Below, in pieces: positions 18,635 through 27,944 of a DNA stretch of 64,000 bases; the stretch's first letter is position 1; every line of letters starts with the position of its first letter. The notes below the pieces were generated by a model that saw only the letters and a program-made list of their open reading frames with translations, was not told where the DNA came from and ran no database searches. This DNA comes from Methanobacteriota archaeon (GTDB lineage Archaea; Thermoplasmatota; Poseidoniia; Poseidoniales; Poseidoniaceae), in NCBI GenBank assembly GCA_018659375.1, contig JABJMO010000031.1, forward strand, positions 39,233 to 103,232. Direction: 5' to 3'. The translations under genes and the position numbers were made by a program.

Positions 18635-19411
18635 TCATTTTAGGTCTAATATAACTGGTGCATGATCGGAAATATCTAGGCCCCCTTGGCGCTCTATACG
18701 GACATCTTTGACTAGTTTATTGGCTGCTTGGTTGAGTAAGAAATAATCTATTCTCCAACCTCTATCTTTTGCCCTAGCCTGTCCACGGTTTGACCACCAA
18801 CTGTATTTCTGAACTCCATTGCCTACCTGCTCCCTAAACACGTCGTGCCACCCATCGTCTAATAATTGTGAAAACCACGCTCGCTCTTGCGGTAAGAAGC
18901 CGCTCATTTTGGCGTTGCCTTTGGGATTCCAAATATCGTCTTCAGTATGAGCGACATTGAGGTCTCCACAAACCACTACAGGTGTATCATACGCCAGATA
19001 TGGTTGCAGAAAATCACGCCATTCCGCCATCCATGTTTCTTTGAACTGTTGTCGTTCTTCACCACTCGAACCGCTGGGCAAATAGGTATTAATGCAGGTT
19101 ATTGCTCCATGTTTTGTAACAATTATTCTGCCTTCTGAATCATCTGGGTCTACCGCTGAGGGTTTACCGGTTTGAATTACTTCCATTGGACTGCGTGAAA
19201 TTGTTGCAACCCCAGAATAGCCTTTTTTTTCTGCGGTATGAAGGTGGTGAGCATAGCCTTCTGGCCATGACCAATTTTTGGGTAATTGTTCTGGCAGGGC
19301 TCTTACCTCTTGTAACATCCAAATATCTGCATCAATCGACTCAAAATATCCGTCAATACCCTTTCTTATGGCGGCTCTAATTCCGTTTACGTTCCACGAT
19401 ACTAGTCGCAT
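18635..19411 (-). CDS. xth: Exodeoxyribonuclease III (AP endonuclease)
   Basis: MRLVSWNVNGIRAA.., LQEV, GDLNVAH, WRIDYFL, SDHAP: the full set of EEP nuclease motifs. Confidence 0.9.
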   Translation of the reverse strand: MRLVSWNVNGIRAAIRKGIDGYFESIDADIWMLQEVRALPEQLPKNWSWPEGYAHHLHTAEKKGYSGVATISRSPMEVIQTGKPSAVDPDDSEGRIIVTKHGAITCINTYLPSGSSGEERQQFKETWMAEWRDFLQPYLAYDTPVVVCGDLNVAHTEDDIWNPKGNAKMSGFLPQERAWFSQLLDDGWHDVFREQVGNGVQKYSWWSNRGQARAKDRGWRIDYFLLNQAANKLVKDVRIERQGGLDISDHAPVILDLK

Positions 19412-19454
19412 AGTTTACCGGTCAAGCCGGCGGTGAATAACGATTTCATATCCG

Positions 19455-20585
19455 TCATTTTGTTAAATGGAGGTCGATTAATGCCTTAGCAGCACTTTTC
19501 CCAGTATCTACTGCAGCATCTGAAAGAACGTAATCCGAACTTACCCACTGGCCCGCAAGAAGAATATTGTTTTTAGCAAAAATATCCATTCCTAAAGTGC
19601 CATTATAGCCTACTATGATACTTGATTGGCTTAGCTCCGTAACGATATTATCTTGCCAACCAGAGATGTGCTTGTCAAGAAAATCTGCTAACTTTGCTGA
19701 GCGTTGTTTTGCTGATTGGTATGCATTGTCAGCGTCGTTAAGACCACCGACGGCAATTGCTGAAATGTGCGATCCACTAGCACCGAGTTTCGGTTGAATT
19801 GCAATATTATCAAATACTGCCATTTTGTTACCCGAATCAACGATTGCATGTTTACCCGCCATTGGTTTTGAGGCGATACCGGCCTCGATAAAGCTGGCAG
19901 TGATTTTACTAATATTAGCAAATTCCTGCCTAGCTAAATCCTCGTCCACGGTTTCGAGTAATTGTTTAGCCATATTCACTCCACAGGCTAGTATTAGCGC
20001 ATCGCATTCAACCTCTCGACCGTCGGTTAAACAAATTTTATTGTCATTAATTGTTGCCACCTCACATTTTGTTTCGATTAACACGCCTATTTCATCTAAA
20101 GCAGCACCAAGTCTACCTACCAAGCCAATCCATCCTTCATTTGAAATACACAACTTGCCCTTGCGAAGTGATTTACTGCGTTTTTGATTATCCCTGCCGC
20201 CCCAATTGGTCAGGAAACTTATGGCTTGGAAGTATGGATTTGTCGCCTCTTGATTTCTCAAGGCTCGGAGATTTTCGGCTGCTTGTTTGATATTGCCTGT
20301 TGGTCGAATTAAGCCGTGACCTGCTGCTTCAATTTTGTCTAATCGCAGAGGTTTCAATGAGATTTTCGTTCTGCTTAGCTTGTGACATAATTGGTAGAAT
20401 GGTCCCTTTTTGTCTAGCAAATGAGGTCCGTAGTGAAGTGAAAACCCGTCGACATTTTGTGATGTGCCTCGACCGCCTATGCGTGAGGACTTTTCCAGCA
20501 AAACAACGTGGTGTCCATATGATGATGCATGTATTGCTGCGGATAAACCAGCAATCCCCGCTCCGACAATTATTACTCGCGCCAC
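19455..20585 (-). CDS. FAD/NAD(P)-binding oxidoreductase (amine oxidase / phytoene desaturase-like)
   Basis: N-terminal dinucleotide fold VIIVGAGIAGLSAA..VVLLEKSSRIGGR. Confidence 0.78.
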   Translation of the reverse strand: MARVIIVGAGIAGLSAAIHASSYGHHVVLLEKSSRIGGRGTSQNVDGFSLHYGPHLLDKKGPFYQLCHKLSRTKISLKPLRLDKIEAAGHGLIRPTGNIKQAAENLRALRNQEATNPYFQAISFLTNWGGRDNQKRSKSLRKGKLCISNEGWIGLVGRLGAALDEIGVLIETKCEVATINDNKICLTDGREVECDALILACGVNMAKQLLETVDEDLARQEFANISKITASFIEAGIASKPMAGKHAIVDSGNKMAVFDNIAIQPKLGASGSHISAIAVGGLNDADNAYQSAKQRSAKLADFLDKHISGWQDNIVTELSQSSIIVGYNGTLGMDIFAKNNILLAGQWVSSDYVLSDAAVDTGKSAAKALIDLHLTK

Positions 20586-20639
20586 GGCAATGCTAAACTG
20601 TGATTAAGCATGAAACCATTGTTCGGATAGTTTGCTTGA

Positions 20640-21203
20640 TTAGCCTTGTCGGCCTTCAATAGCGGAATTTAGTAGCGTAATGGCTGCAACCATTCTTCTA
20701 TCCATTGGGTGGCCTGGTGGTATTGTTAACAACGACTTTCTGATAATTGGGTTAAATTGTTGGTGAATAGTTATACCTTCTTGGCCAGGAATTTCAAAGT
20801 GGAATTTAGCTGGGATAAGTGGTATAAATCGGCGTAGAATAGCAATACTGTCTTCAATTAATTCGCCGTATTGGTTTCCTTCAACGTCTAGTAGTTTCCA
20901 ACTATCTTTGATTATTGACTTCATGAAATTTCTCTTGACTGAGCCAATGTGTTCATTGGTTGACAAATCAAAAACGTCGTAGGTTGCAGCTAAATCAAGA
21001 ACGCTTCTGGCTTTAATTTGTAATAGGGCTACGGTACATGACTCATCAGCATACAATACAATGTCTTCTTTAATTTTGAAACGCTTTTGCTTGGAGTAAG
21101 CCACAACATTTCCTGATAAATCTTTGAACCAAAATGCTCCACCAAGAATTCGTAAAAATTTTGTTTGGATAAGATATTCGTCCATCTCGAATAGGGGGCT
21201 CAT
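20640..21203 (-). CDS. Hypothetical protein, possibly scramblase / LURP-one (Tubby-like fold) family
   Basis: Beta-rich repeats followed by a C-terminal hydrophobic helix (MDRRMVAAITLLNSAIEG). The family call is tentative. Confidence 0.4.
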   Translation of the reverse strand: MSPLFEMDEYLIQTKFLRILGGAFWFKDLSGNVVAYSKQKRFKIKEDIVLYADESCTVALLQIKARSVLDLAATYDVFDLSTNEHIGSVKRNFMKSIIKDSWKLLDVEGNQYGELIEDSIAILRRFIPLIPAKFHFEIPGQEGITIHQQFNPIIRKSLLTIPPGHPMDRRMVAAITLLNSAIEGRQG

Positions 21204-21340
21204 GTTCTTTGGTCACTATTCATTTTGATATAACTATTGGCTACTTTTGTTGTTTTCTAATTGCGCCCACAATATTTGAATAACAGTGTTATGATTGTAA
21301 ACAATTTGGTAATTATCGTGGTTGCTTGATTGTTATTGTT

Positions 21341-22300
21341 TTACATGTCAAGCAGATAGCCAAAGATTAGTGGCGCAACAATTGTTGCATCGCTTTCAAT
21401 TACGAACTTTGGCGTTGCTGCAGACAATTTGCCCCAAGTTATTTTCTCATTCGGTGGAGCGCCCGAGTATCCTCCATAGGAGGTGCTAGATTCACTAATT
21501 TGACAGAACCATGACCACAGGGGCACTGAACGTTGGAGATCTTGGTTAAGCATTGGTACTACACAAATTGGGAAATCACCAGCTATGCCGCCGCCAATTT
21601 GGAAGAACGCTAGTTTTGTCGATTGGTTTTCATACCATTTTGCCAAATTAGTCATGTAATTTATACCGCTTAACACAGTATTGGGATTGATTTCTGATTG
21701 TATAACATGAGAGGCAAAAATGTTGCCTAGTGTCGAATCTTCCCAGCCTGGAACAAATAAGGGAACTGCCATTTCTGCTGCCGCCATAACCCAACTGTCC
21801 TGTGGGTTGCCCTCAATCTTGAGTTCCCCCGATTGTAAGATATCAAAAAAGAATTCATGAGGTAATTTGCCTAAATTATTATTGGAATTATGGCGCCATA
21901 GCGGCAGCATTACTCGCTCAATTTCCCTAATTGCGGCGTCCTCGGGGATACATACATCGGTAACGCGGTTTAGTTTTCTGTTGAGCAATTCGGTGTCGTC
22001 TTGGCTAGACAAACTGCGCCAATCGTCAATTGATTCGTATTTTGACTGAGCGACCAGCAAAAAGACGTCTTCCTCTAGATTTGCGCCAGTACATGAAATC
22101 CCTGCAACAATGCCGCTCCTGATTAGTGGTGCTAGTGTTTTACCAAGCCTAGCAGTACTCATTGCTCCGGCTAAGGTGATGAATAAGCGACCACCGTCCT
22201 GGGTAAATTGAGTCAATGATTGTGCTGATTTACTCAACTCACCAGCATTGAAATGGTGATAATTAGTGTTGACGAACTCTCTGATGCTCAAATTATTCAC
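21341..22300 (-). CDS. dys: Deoxyhypusine synthase
   Basis: FITLAGAMSTARLGKTLAPLIRSGIVAGISCTGANLEEDVF and GGGIAGDFPI patterns, about 319 aa. The 5' end overlaps the upstream gene by 8 nt. Confidence 0.9.
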   Translation of the reverse strand: MNNLSIREFVNTNYHHFNAGELSKSAQSLTQFTQDGGRLFITLAGAMSTARLGKTLAPLIRSGIVAGISCTGANLEEDVFLLVAQSKYESIDDWRSLSSQDDTELLNRKLNRVTDVCIPEDAAIREIERVMLPLWRHNSNNNLGKLPHEFFFDILQSGELKIEGNPQDSWVMAAAEMAVPLFVPGWEDSTLGNIFASHVIQSEINPNTVLSGINYMTNLAKWYENQSTKLAFFQIGGGIAGDFPICVVPMLNQDLQRSVPLWSWFCQISESSTSYGGYSGAPPNEKITWGKLSAATPKFVIESDATIVAPLIFGYLLDM

Positions 22301-22676
22301 CTCTGTGCAAAAACCGATTAGCGGTTGACCTTTGCTCTAACACTATTGTTGGAGATAATTGTCTTAGCTGCTTATCAATTTCGTCAACAATTGCTTCTGC
22401 ATCAGTTCCGCCACAAGTAAAACAATCAATCGCTAACCAGCCTTTATCTGAATAACAATGAGCTGAAAAATGACTCTCATCAAGTAAAACTACAGCAGCA
22501 AAACCTGGAGGAGAAGTAGTTCCATCAAAAATTTCAATGTGTGAATGAACCCTTTTGGCAGTACTATTGTCGATTGTAGATTTCATGAGCTCTAGCATGG
22601 TCTTTCCCAACTCTGGAGTGCTTGGGAAAAAATCGGTATAGTCGACCATTACATGAAATCCGTGCGCCTTTGACAT
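22293..22676 (-). CDS. speH: Pyruvoyl-dependent decarboxylase proenzyme, SpeH/AdoMetDC class 1 family (AdoMet or arginine decarboxylase)
   Basis: Self-processing site motif LLDESHFSAHCY (E-S cleavage). Size 127 aa. Substrate cannot be decided from sequence alone. Confidence 0.8.
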   Translation of the reverse strand: MSKAHGFHVMVDYTDFFPSTPELGKTMLELMKSTIDNSTAKRVHSHIEIFDGTTSPPGFAAVVLLDESHFSAHCYSDKGWLAIDCFTCGGTDAEAIVDEIDKQLRQLSPTIVLEQRSTANRFLHRGE

Positions 22677-22694
22677 TATATTTACCCCGTATTA

Positions 22695-22701
22695 ATTTAT
22701 A
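22695..22701 (-). promoter_or_regulatory. TATA-box-like element (TATAAAT on the minus strand) 19-25 nt upstream of the speH-like ATG
   Basis: Seen in sequence. The spacing would fit a leaderless or very short-leader transcript. The same heptamer recurs at 22752-22758, where it contains the speB stop codon. Confidence 0.3.
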
Positions 22702-22808
22702 GATTTTGAAAGTATGAAGTGGGTGGTTTTGGCTGGCTAACTTCACGACCTATTTATAGATTTTGAAAGTATGAAGTGGGTGGTTTTGGCTTGCTAACTT
22801 CACGACCT
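22695..22808. repeat. Tandem direct duplication, 2 x 57 bp, 56/57 identical
   Basis: Copy 1 is 22695-22751 and copy 2 is 22752-22808. The unit is atttatagattttgaaagtatgaagtgggtggttttggct[g/t]gctaacttcacgacct. The single mismatch is 22735 g versus 22792 t. Confidence 0.97.
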
Positions 22809-23752
22809 GCCACGGTTTGCTTAGTCCAGTTACCTACTCTTCTAGCGTTGATATGGTGGATTATTCCTTTTGTCGCCAATATTGCTGCGGTAAATTGGGT
22901 TAGCGGTGTGCCTTTTTGCGGCACTATCTCATTTACATCCATACTGATTACCACACCTTTGGTGGACGAGAATAATGCTTGAATTGTTTCAACTGTTTGC
23001 CAAAAAGTTAGACCCCCTGGCACAGGTGTGCCAGTCGCAGGAACTAAACTACCATCTAACCCATCAATATCGATTGTCAAGTGTATTGGCCCTTCGATTT
23101 GGCTAATTTCATCAATCCAATTCCCCCATATAGAGTTTGTAGATTTTTGAATTTCAGCGGCAAAATAGGTGGTTATTTTGTCATCGTTTTGGATGCGATT
23201 ATACTCGTGTTTTGAAAACGCTCTTACTCCAACTTGGAATAAATGCTTGAGGCCAAAGTCCATCGCTCTAGCCGCTGCGCAAGCATGTGAAAATACCTCG
23301 CCCTCAAGCTCTTCTCGTAAATCTGCATGGGCATCAATTTGAACGATTGTCAGTTTTGAAAAGTCGCCGTTAACCAGAGGATGGTTGCCTGCTGCGTGGA
23401 CTAATGCAGGCAATATGCCGTGCTCTCCGCCCAAAATTAATGGAAAGGTCTCGCCATCGTACCAAGGTGCGAGGTAGTTGGAAATGCCGTCTAGTTGCTG
23501 TGCCAAATTATTACCCTCGCCGTCCCATGCAGGCGGCGTACTAATGCGCTGTCCTGCTGGTAAATCTTCACCAAGTAACGGATCGAATAACTCAACTTGT
23601 CCACTTGCCTCAACACATGCTGCAGGACCTTCGCCCGTTCCTTGGCCGTAAGAAGTAGTCAATTCATATGGCACAGATAACACAACAATGTCGGGCTTGC
23701 CATCGGGTTTGGCGAGCCCTAGAAAATTGCCCTCAACAAACTCTTCTGCCAC
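22754..23752 (-). CDS. speB: Agmatinase (ureohydrolase family)
   Basis: Mn-binding motifs GGEHGI, VQIDAHADL and TIDIDGLDGSLVPATGTPVPGGL. The only in-frame start is GTG at 23752. Confidence 0.85.
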   Translation of the reverse strand: MAEEFVEGNFLGLAKPDGKPDIVVLSVPYELTTSYGQGTGEGPAACVEASGQVELFDPLLGEDLPAGQRISTPPAWDGEGNNLAQQLDGISNYLAPWYDGETFPLILGGEHGILPALVHAAGNHPLVNGDFSKLTIVQIDAHADLREELEGEVFSHACAAARAMDFGLKHLFQVGVRAFSKHEYNRIQNDDKITTYFAAEIQKSTNSIWGNWIDEISQIEGPIHLTIDIDGLDGSLVPATGTPVPGGLTFWQTVETIQALFSSTKGVVISMDVNEIVPQKGTPLTQFTAAILATKGIIHHINARRVGNWTKQTVAGREVSKPKPPTSYFQNL

Positions 23753-23895
23753 AAACCCTGCCTAATGATTTTAGTTTTGAGGGTTTTCCTAGATTATAGT
23801 TAAAAATAGCCAAAATCACCGATGATTTAATATGGGTCGGTGTACAATATAATTAATGTTCTCGGACACTAAGTTCGGGGGCGGGGGTTTTTGAC

Positions 23896-24318
23896 ATGGG
23901 TATGACACTAGGAGAATTAACTAAAGCCATTCAACAACATATCGACTTAGATATGGATAGTGAGGTCGCTCAAGGAATGGCAGAACACGCACTCGGTTTC
24001 TTCGGTTTTTACAACAGAATCATCGACAACGCCCTTGAACCAACCGATAGAAATCTGTTTTACATGTTCCAAGATTACAATCTATTGACTACTGAAAGCG
24101 AAGAGACAACTTTGTGGGATGGCAGAGAATGGCGAATTCACTACTGGAAATTTAAGCCAGACCTCAGAGAAAGTGTTGAGGCGTACATGCAGAGAAGTAA
24201 GAAGACCGAAGATATCGATCCATTCGGCGATGTTTACTCCAGCGGTGATGCTGGACAGATTTGGACTCGTGAATCAGAAAAAGTTGTCAACCCCAATGCG
24301 TTTACTAGCGAATGGTGA
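23896..24318 (+). CDS. Hypothetical acidic protein (140 aa)
   Basis: ATG start, divergent from speB, no recognised family. Ends ..NAFTSEW. Confidence 0.5.
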   Translation: MGMTLGELTKAIQQHIDLDMDSEVAQGMAEHALGFFGFYNRIIDNALEPTDRNLFYMFQDYNLLTTESEETTLWDGREWRIHYWKFKPDLRESVEAYMQRSKKTEDIDPFGDVYSSGDAGQIWTRESEKVVNPNAFTSEW

Positions 24319-24361
24319 AGTAAACTGTTAGGCAAGCGTTTTTGTTGTTTAGCGGCTAGGG

Positions 24362-25768
24362 ATGTTCATGCGAGTTGCAATAGGTCTTGTCCTATGTATG
24401 CTGCTGGCAAGTATTCCAATATCCTCCGCTCAACCAGATTCTAAGGATGAGGATGCTTGGCCTGGTGACCCGATAGACAGTCACGTGCACATGACTTGGG
24501 CTGCGTTAACTCTAGAAGTAAATGGGTGGGCTGATGACTACCCCGAAATCGTCGATCTTGCCGATGTTGGAAAGTCCGAATTAGGCAAGTCTCTGTGGGT
24601 AGTTAGAATATCTGATTGGTCTATCGAGAATAAATCAGATGGAAGCGCCAAGGAAGTCGTTTACATTGATGGAGGCCATCACGGTAATGAATACCTAGGC
24701 ACAGCACTGGCTTGGTTATCTGCAAAGTGGTACATTAATGGCTGGGCAGAAGGTAATCAAGAGGCGATAGATGTTTTACAAAACACCGTGCTGCACATTT
24801 TAATTATGCTAAATCCTGATGGCAATGATATCGATACTCGATGGAATATAAATCAAGTTGACTTGAATAGAAATTACGATCATTATTGGAACACATGTCC
24901 AACAACTCAACCGGGAAGTAGTGCCTTCAGCGAATCTGAAACCGCAGCAAATTCGGCCTACATGAACGCTGAAGTTGCTGACGCTGATTTGTATGTCACC
25001 ATGCACACTGGTGTTTGGATTATGCTATACCCTTGGGGTAAGTGGCCTGAACAGCCTGCTGATTGGGAATTATATCATCAAATTAGAGATGATGTAAACG
25101 ACAATGTTTCTAGTATTCCAATTCAGAATGCCAATCAAGGATTATACCCAAATTGTGGCACTAGTAGAGATTATGGTTATGGTGTAATGGGATATCCGAC
25201 TTTTACTTTTGAAACCGATGATGAACAATTTGTTCCGGGATCTTTTGAGAATCTAAACGACCGATTAGGAGAAGAAATGGATGTTATGAGATTCTTGATT
25301 AACAACGTCTGGTATTGGCGCGCTAGACTAGATGTACAATCTCTTGAAGTATCTGATAATGAGGTGACAATTGATGTTACCAATCATGGCCATGCATCAA
25401 CGTCTAATGCTACTTTACAATATCTTGATTCAAATGGTCAGATTAAGTGGACTTCTTCAGCGTTTACTGTAAATGCCACCAATTCTACAATGATTGCTTT
25501 GGATGCTGGCGGGCTAGATTCTAGCGATGACGGGAGTTGGCAGATGTATTATCAAGTTAGAGTAATCAATGCCTCAAGGTGGGTGGCCGAAGAAATTGGT
25601 GTGCAGGCCGTCACCTTGGTGGAAGATGATGAGGCTAGTTTCTTGACCGGTTTTGGCTTGTTCAATTCCCTAACTACGATAATTTCGATAATCGGCCTCG
25701 CCGTTGTTATGAGGCCAGAGGATGAAGATTTGACCAATAATTGTCTTAGAGAAATACAAGAGAATTGA
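24362..25768 (+). CDS. Secreted zinc carboxypeptidase, M14 family, with C-terminal domain and TM anchor
   Basis: Signal peptide MFMRVAIGLVLCMLLASIPISSA, zinc motif GGHHGNEYLG, NPDGND and HTGVWIMLYPWG. C-terminal hydrophobic segment LTTIISIIGLAVV. Confidence 0.8.
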   Translation: MFMRVAIGLVLCMLLASIPISSAQPDSKDEDAWPGDPIDSHVHMTWAALTLEVNGWADDYPEIVDLADVGKSELGKSLWVVRISDWSIENKSDGSAKEVVYIDGGHHGNEYLGTALAWLSAKWYINGWAEGNQEAIDVLQNTVLHILIMLNPDGNDIDTRWNINQVDLNRNYDHYWNTCPTTQPGSSAFSESETAANSAYMNAEVADADLYVTMHTGVWIMLYPWGKWPEQPADWELYHQIRDDVNDNVSSIPIQNANQGLYPNCGTSRDYGYGVMGYPTFTFETDDEQFVPGSFENLNDRLGEEMDVMRFLINNVWYWRARLDVQSLEVSDNEVTIDVTNHGHASTSNATLQYLDSNGQIKWTSSAFTVNATNSTMIALDAGGLDSSDDGSWQMYYQVRVINASRWVAEEIGVQAVTLVEDDEASFLTGFGLFNSLTTIISIIGLAVVMRPEDEDLTNNCLREIQEN

Positions 25769-25803
25769 AATGCTGCCTATCCTACGGCGTGGCAGGCGAT
25801 AAT

Positions 25804-27297
25804 ATGGAAATTACTATAAGCGCAAGTGACAATATCAACGGAACACTGATTTTACCACTGTATGAAGGAGTCGAAGAAATACCTGAAGAATGTGAAAGGG
25901 GTTTGCCTCAAGGAATGAAATCTCAAATTAATCGAGTTCTGGCTGACGGCGATTTCAAAGCCAAAAAGAAGGCCACTATGTCTTTAATTGGGGGAGAAGA
26001 TGGCAAGGTTATTCTTGCTGGACTAGGTAAATCAAGTGACGTTTCTGTTCACGATTTTAGAAAATCTGGGGCTGCTGTATTTGCTAGCATCAAAAAGGTT
26101 CACGGTAATGATTTCACCGTTAGATTCACCGAAGCTGGCGTAGGTCACATGGCTGCCTTTGCTGAAGGTATGATGTTGCGAAATTATTCTTATGACGAAT
26201 ACAAAATGAAAGATGAGGAAGAAACTGATGCTGAAAAGCAAATTAGACTTACCTGTAGTGAAAAGGAAGCTGAAGAGTTGTCTACACTGGTTAACAAATA
26301 TCGCGGCATAACCAAAGGTGTGCATCTGTCAAGAGATCTTGGTAACTGCCCACCAAATGATATGTACCCTGAAGTATTTGCCGATATGGCTTGGGAGTGG
26401 GCTAAAGAGTTCGACAATGTAGATGTTACCATTATCAATTATGAACAAGCGATCAAAGCTGGAATGGGTGGACTGGTCGCAGTCGGCAAGGGCTCATCTC
26501 GTAAACCGTGCATGGTCATTTTTGAAATGAATAAAGATATCAAAGGCAGATGCCCCGTGCTAGTAGGAAAAGGAATTACTTTTGACACAGGTGGAATTTC
26601 CCTAAAGCCTGGTGCAAACATGGACGAAATGAAATATGACATGGGCGGCTCTGCTACTGTCTTTGGTACCATGGAGGCTCTTGCACAAACAGGCCATGAG
26701 GGTAAGGTTGTCGCGATTACTTGTATGGCAGAAAATATGCCAGCAGCTAATGCAACACGTCCTGGTGATGTTATCAAGGGATTATCTGGCAAGACAATTG
26801 AAGTACTAAACACTGATGCTGAAGGAAGACTCGTTCTATCTGATGGCTTGTGGAAGGCCGGAGAGTACGATCCTGACTTTATTATTGACTTTGCCACACT
26901 AACCGGCGCTTGTGTAGTCGCACTTGGTCATGAGGCAACTGGTCTTTGGTCTAATGATGATGATTTCAGAACCGAAATACATGAGGCAGGAAATGCTGTT
27001 GACGAGCTTGCTTGGCCAATGCCATTACTTCCAGCATTTGAAAAAGAAATGACTGATTCAAAGATTGCCGACACTAGAAACCTTGGCGCTGGCCGCTATG
27101 GTGGGGCAAATACTGCTGCTGCATTCCTGAAACAATTCGTGCCAAACCGGGATTATGACAAAGATGGTGAGCAAATAACTTGGGCCCACATGGATATTGC
27201 TGGAACTTACTGGGGTGCAAAGAGTAATTCCATGGTAAAGAACGGCGCAACTGGAGTTCATGTCAGAACTATCCACCATTTGATTACCAATCGTTAA
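25804..27297 (+). CDS. pepA: Leucyl aminopeptidase, M17 family
   Basis: VGKGITFDTGGISLKP, MKYDMGGSA and NTDAEGRLVLSD. The track start at 25765 is TTG, so I used the ATG at 25804 (MEITISA..). Confidence 0.9.
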   Translation: MEITISASDNINGTLILPLYEGVEEIPEECERGLPQGMKSQINRVLADGDFKAKKKATMSLIGGEDGKVILAGLGKSSDVSVHDFRKSGAAVFASIKKVHGNDFTVRFTEAGVGHMAAFAEGMMLRNYSYDEYKMKDEEETDAEKQIRLTCSEKEAEELSTLVNKYRGITKGVHLSRDLGNCPPNDMYPEVFADMAWEWAKEFDNVDVTIINYEQAIKAGMGGLVAVGKGSSRKPCMVIFEMNKDIKGRCPVLVGKGITFDTGGISLKPGANMDEMKYDMGGSATVFGTMEALAQTGHEGKVVAITCMAENMPAANATRPGDVIKGLSGKTIEVLNTDAEGRLVLSDGLWKAGEYDPDFIIDFATLTGACVVALGHEATGLWSNDDDFRTEIHEAGNAVDELAWPMPLLPAFEKEMTDSKIADTRNLGAGRYGGANTAAAFLKQFVPNRDYDKDGEQITWAHMDIAGTYWGAKSNSMVKNGATGVHVRTIHHLITNR

Positions 27298-27331
27298 AAT
27301 TAATGTTTTAGCAAACGATAGTTGGTTTATA

Positions 27332-27937
27332 ATGGGAAATCACACTAAACTGGCAAAATCTATTCATTGGAGTTTTATCGCCTTGTATGTTTATGGTATT
27401 TTCAAACAAGTAAATGCTTTAGAAGATCTTGAAGACAGTGGTCTGCTTATTTCTGAGATTATTTTTGCCACGGTTTTTATTATTATTGTGATCCTAAGAT
27501 ATTCCTATATGAGGCGTTTCAAGACATTATTGGGGGCAAGGGAGCCTGTACATATCGTACACTACTACTTTGCTCGTTCAGTCCACAAAGCGATGTATGC
27601 CTGTTTCATTCTACTTCCATTAACGGGCCTAATGATTGCGGGGTTGTATAACCAAGGATATACGGTAAATGCCACGCCTGATGAAGAGCAAACTGTGATG
27701 GATGTAGTATTAGATTTACATGGATTAGTGGCTGAAATCAGTTACCTACTGATTGTACTTCATATTGGAGCAGCAATCTATTCTCGAATTAAAGGCGAAG
27801 GGGTTTGGTCATCAATGGTGCCTGTGCTAAAGGAAGACAAGCCAACAACTAACCAGACCGTCAAGAAAATTGCCGCCTTCGAAGAAGGAATTTATGACAA
27901 GGTAGGAAATTGGTTTTCATCTAAAAGCAAGGATTAG
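27332..27937 (+). CDS. Cytochrome b561-like membrane protein (prokaryotic type)
   Basis: Four hydrophobic helices with conserved-looking His residues (SIHWSF, HIVHYY..VHKA, LHGLV..VLHIG). Confidence 0.5.
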   Translation: MGNHTKLAKSIHWSFIALYVYGIFKQVNALEDLEDSGLLISEIIFATVFIIIVILRYSYMRRFKTLLGAREPVHIVHYYFARSVHKAMYACFILLPLTGLMIAGLYNQGYTVNATPDEEQTVMDVVLDLHGLVAEISYLLIVLHIGAAIYSRIKGEGVWSSMVPVLKEDKPTTNQTVKKIAAFEEGIYDKVGNWFSSKSKD

Positions 27938-27944
27938 TTATTGA

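Noticed and set aside
26032-26897. Minus-strand ORFs (97, 82 and 152 aa) inside pepA
   Set aside because: They are antisense shadows of a strongly supported M17 aminopeptidase.
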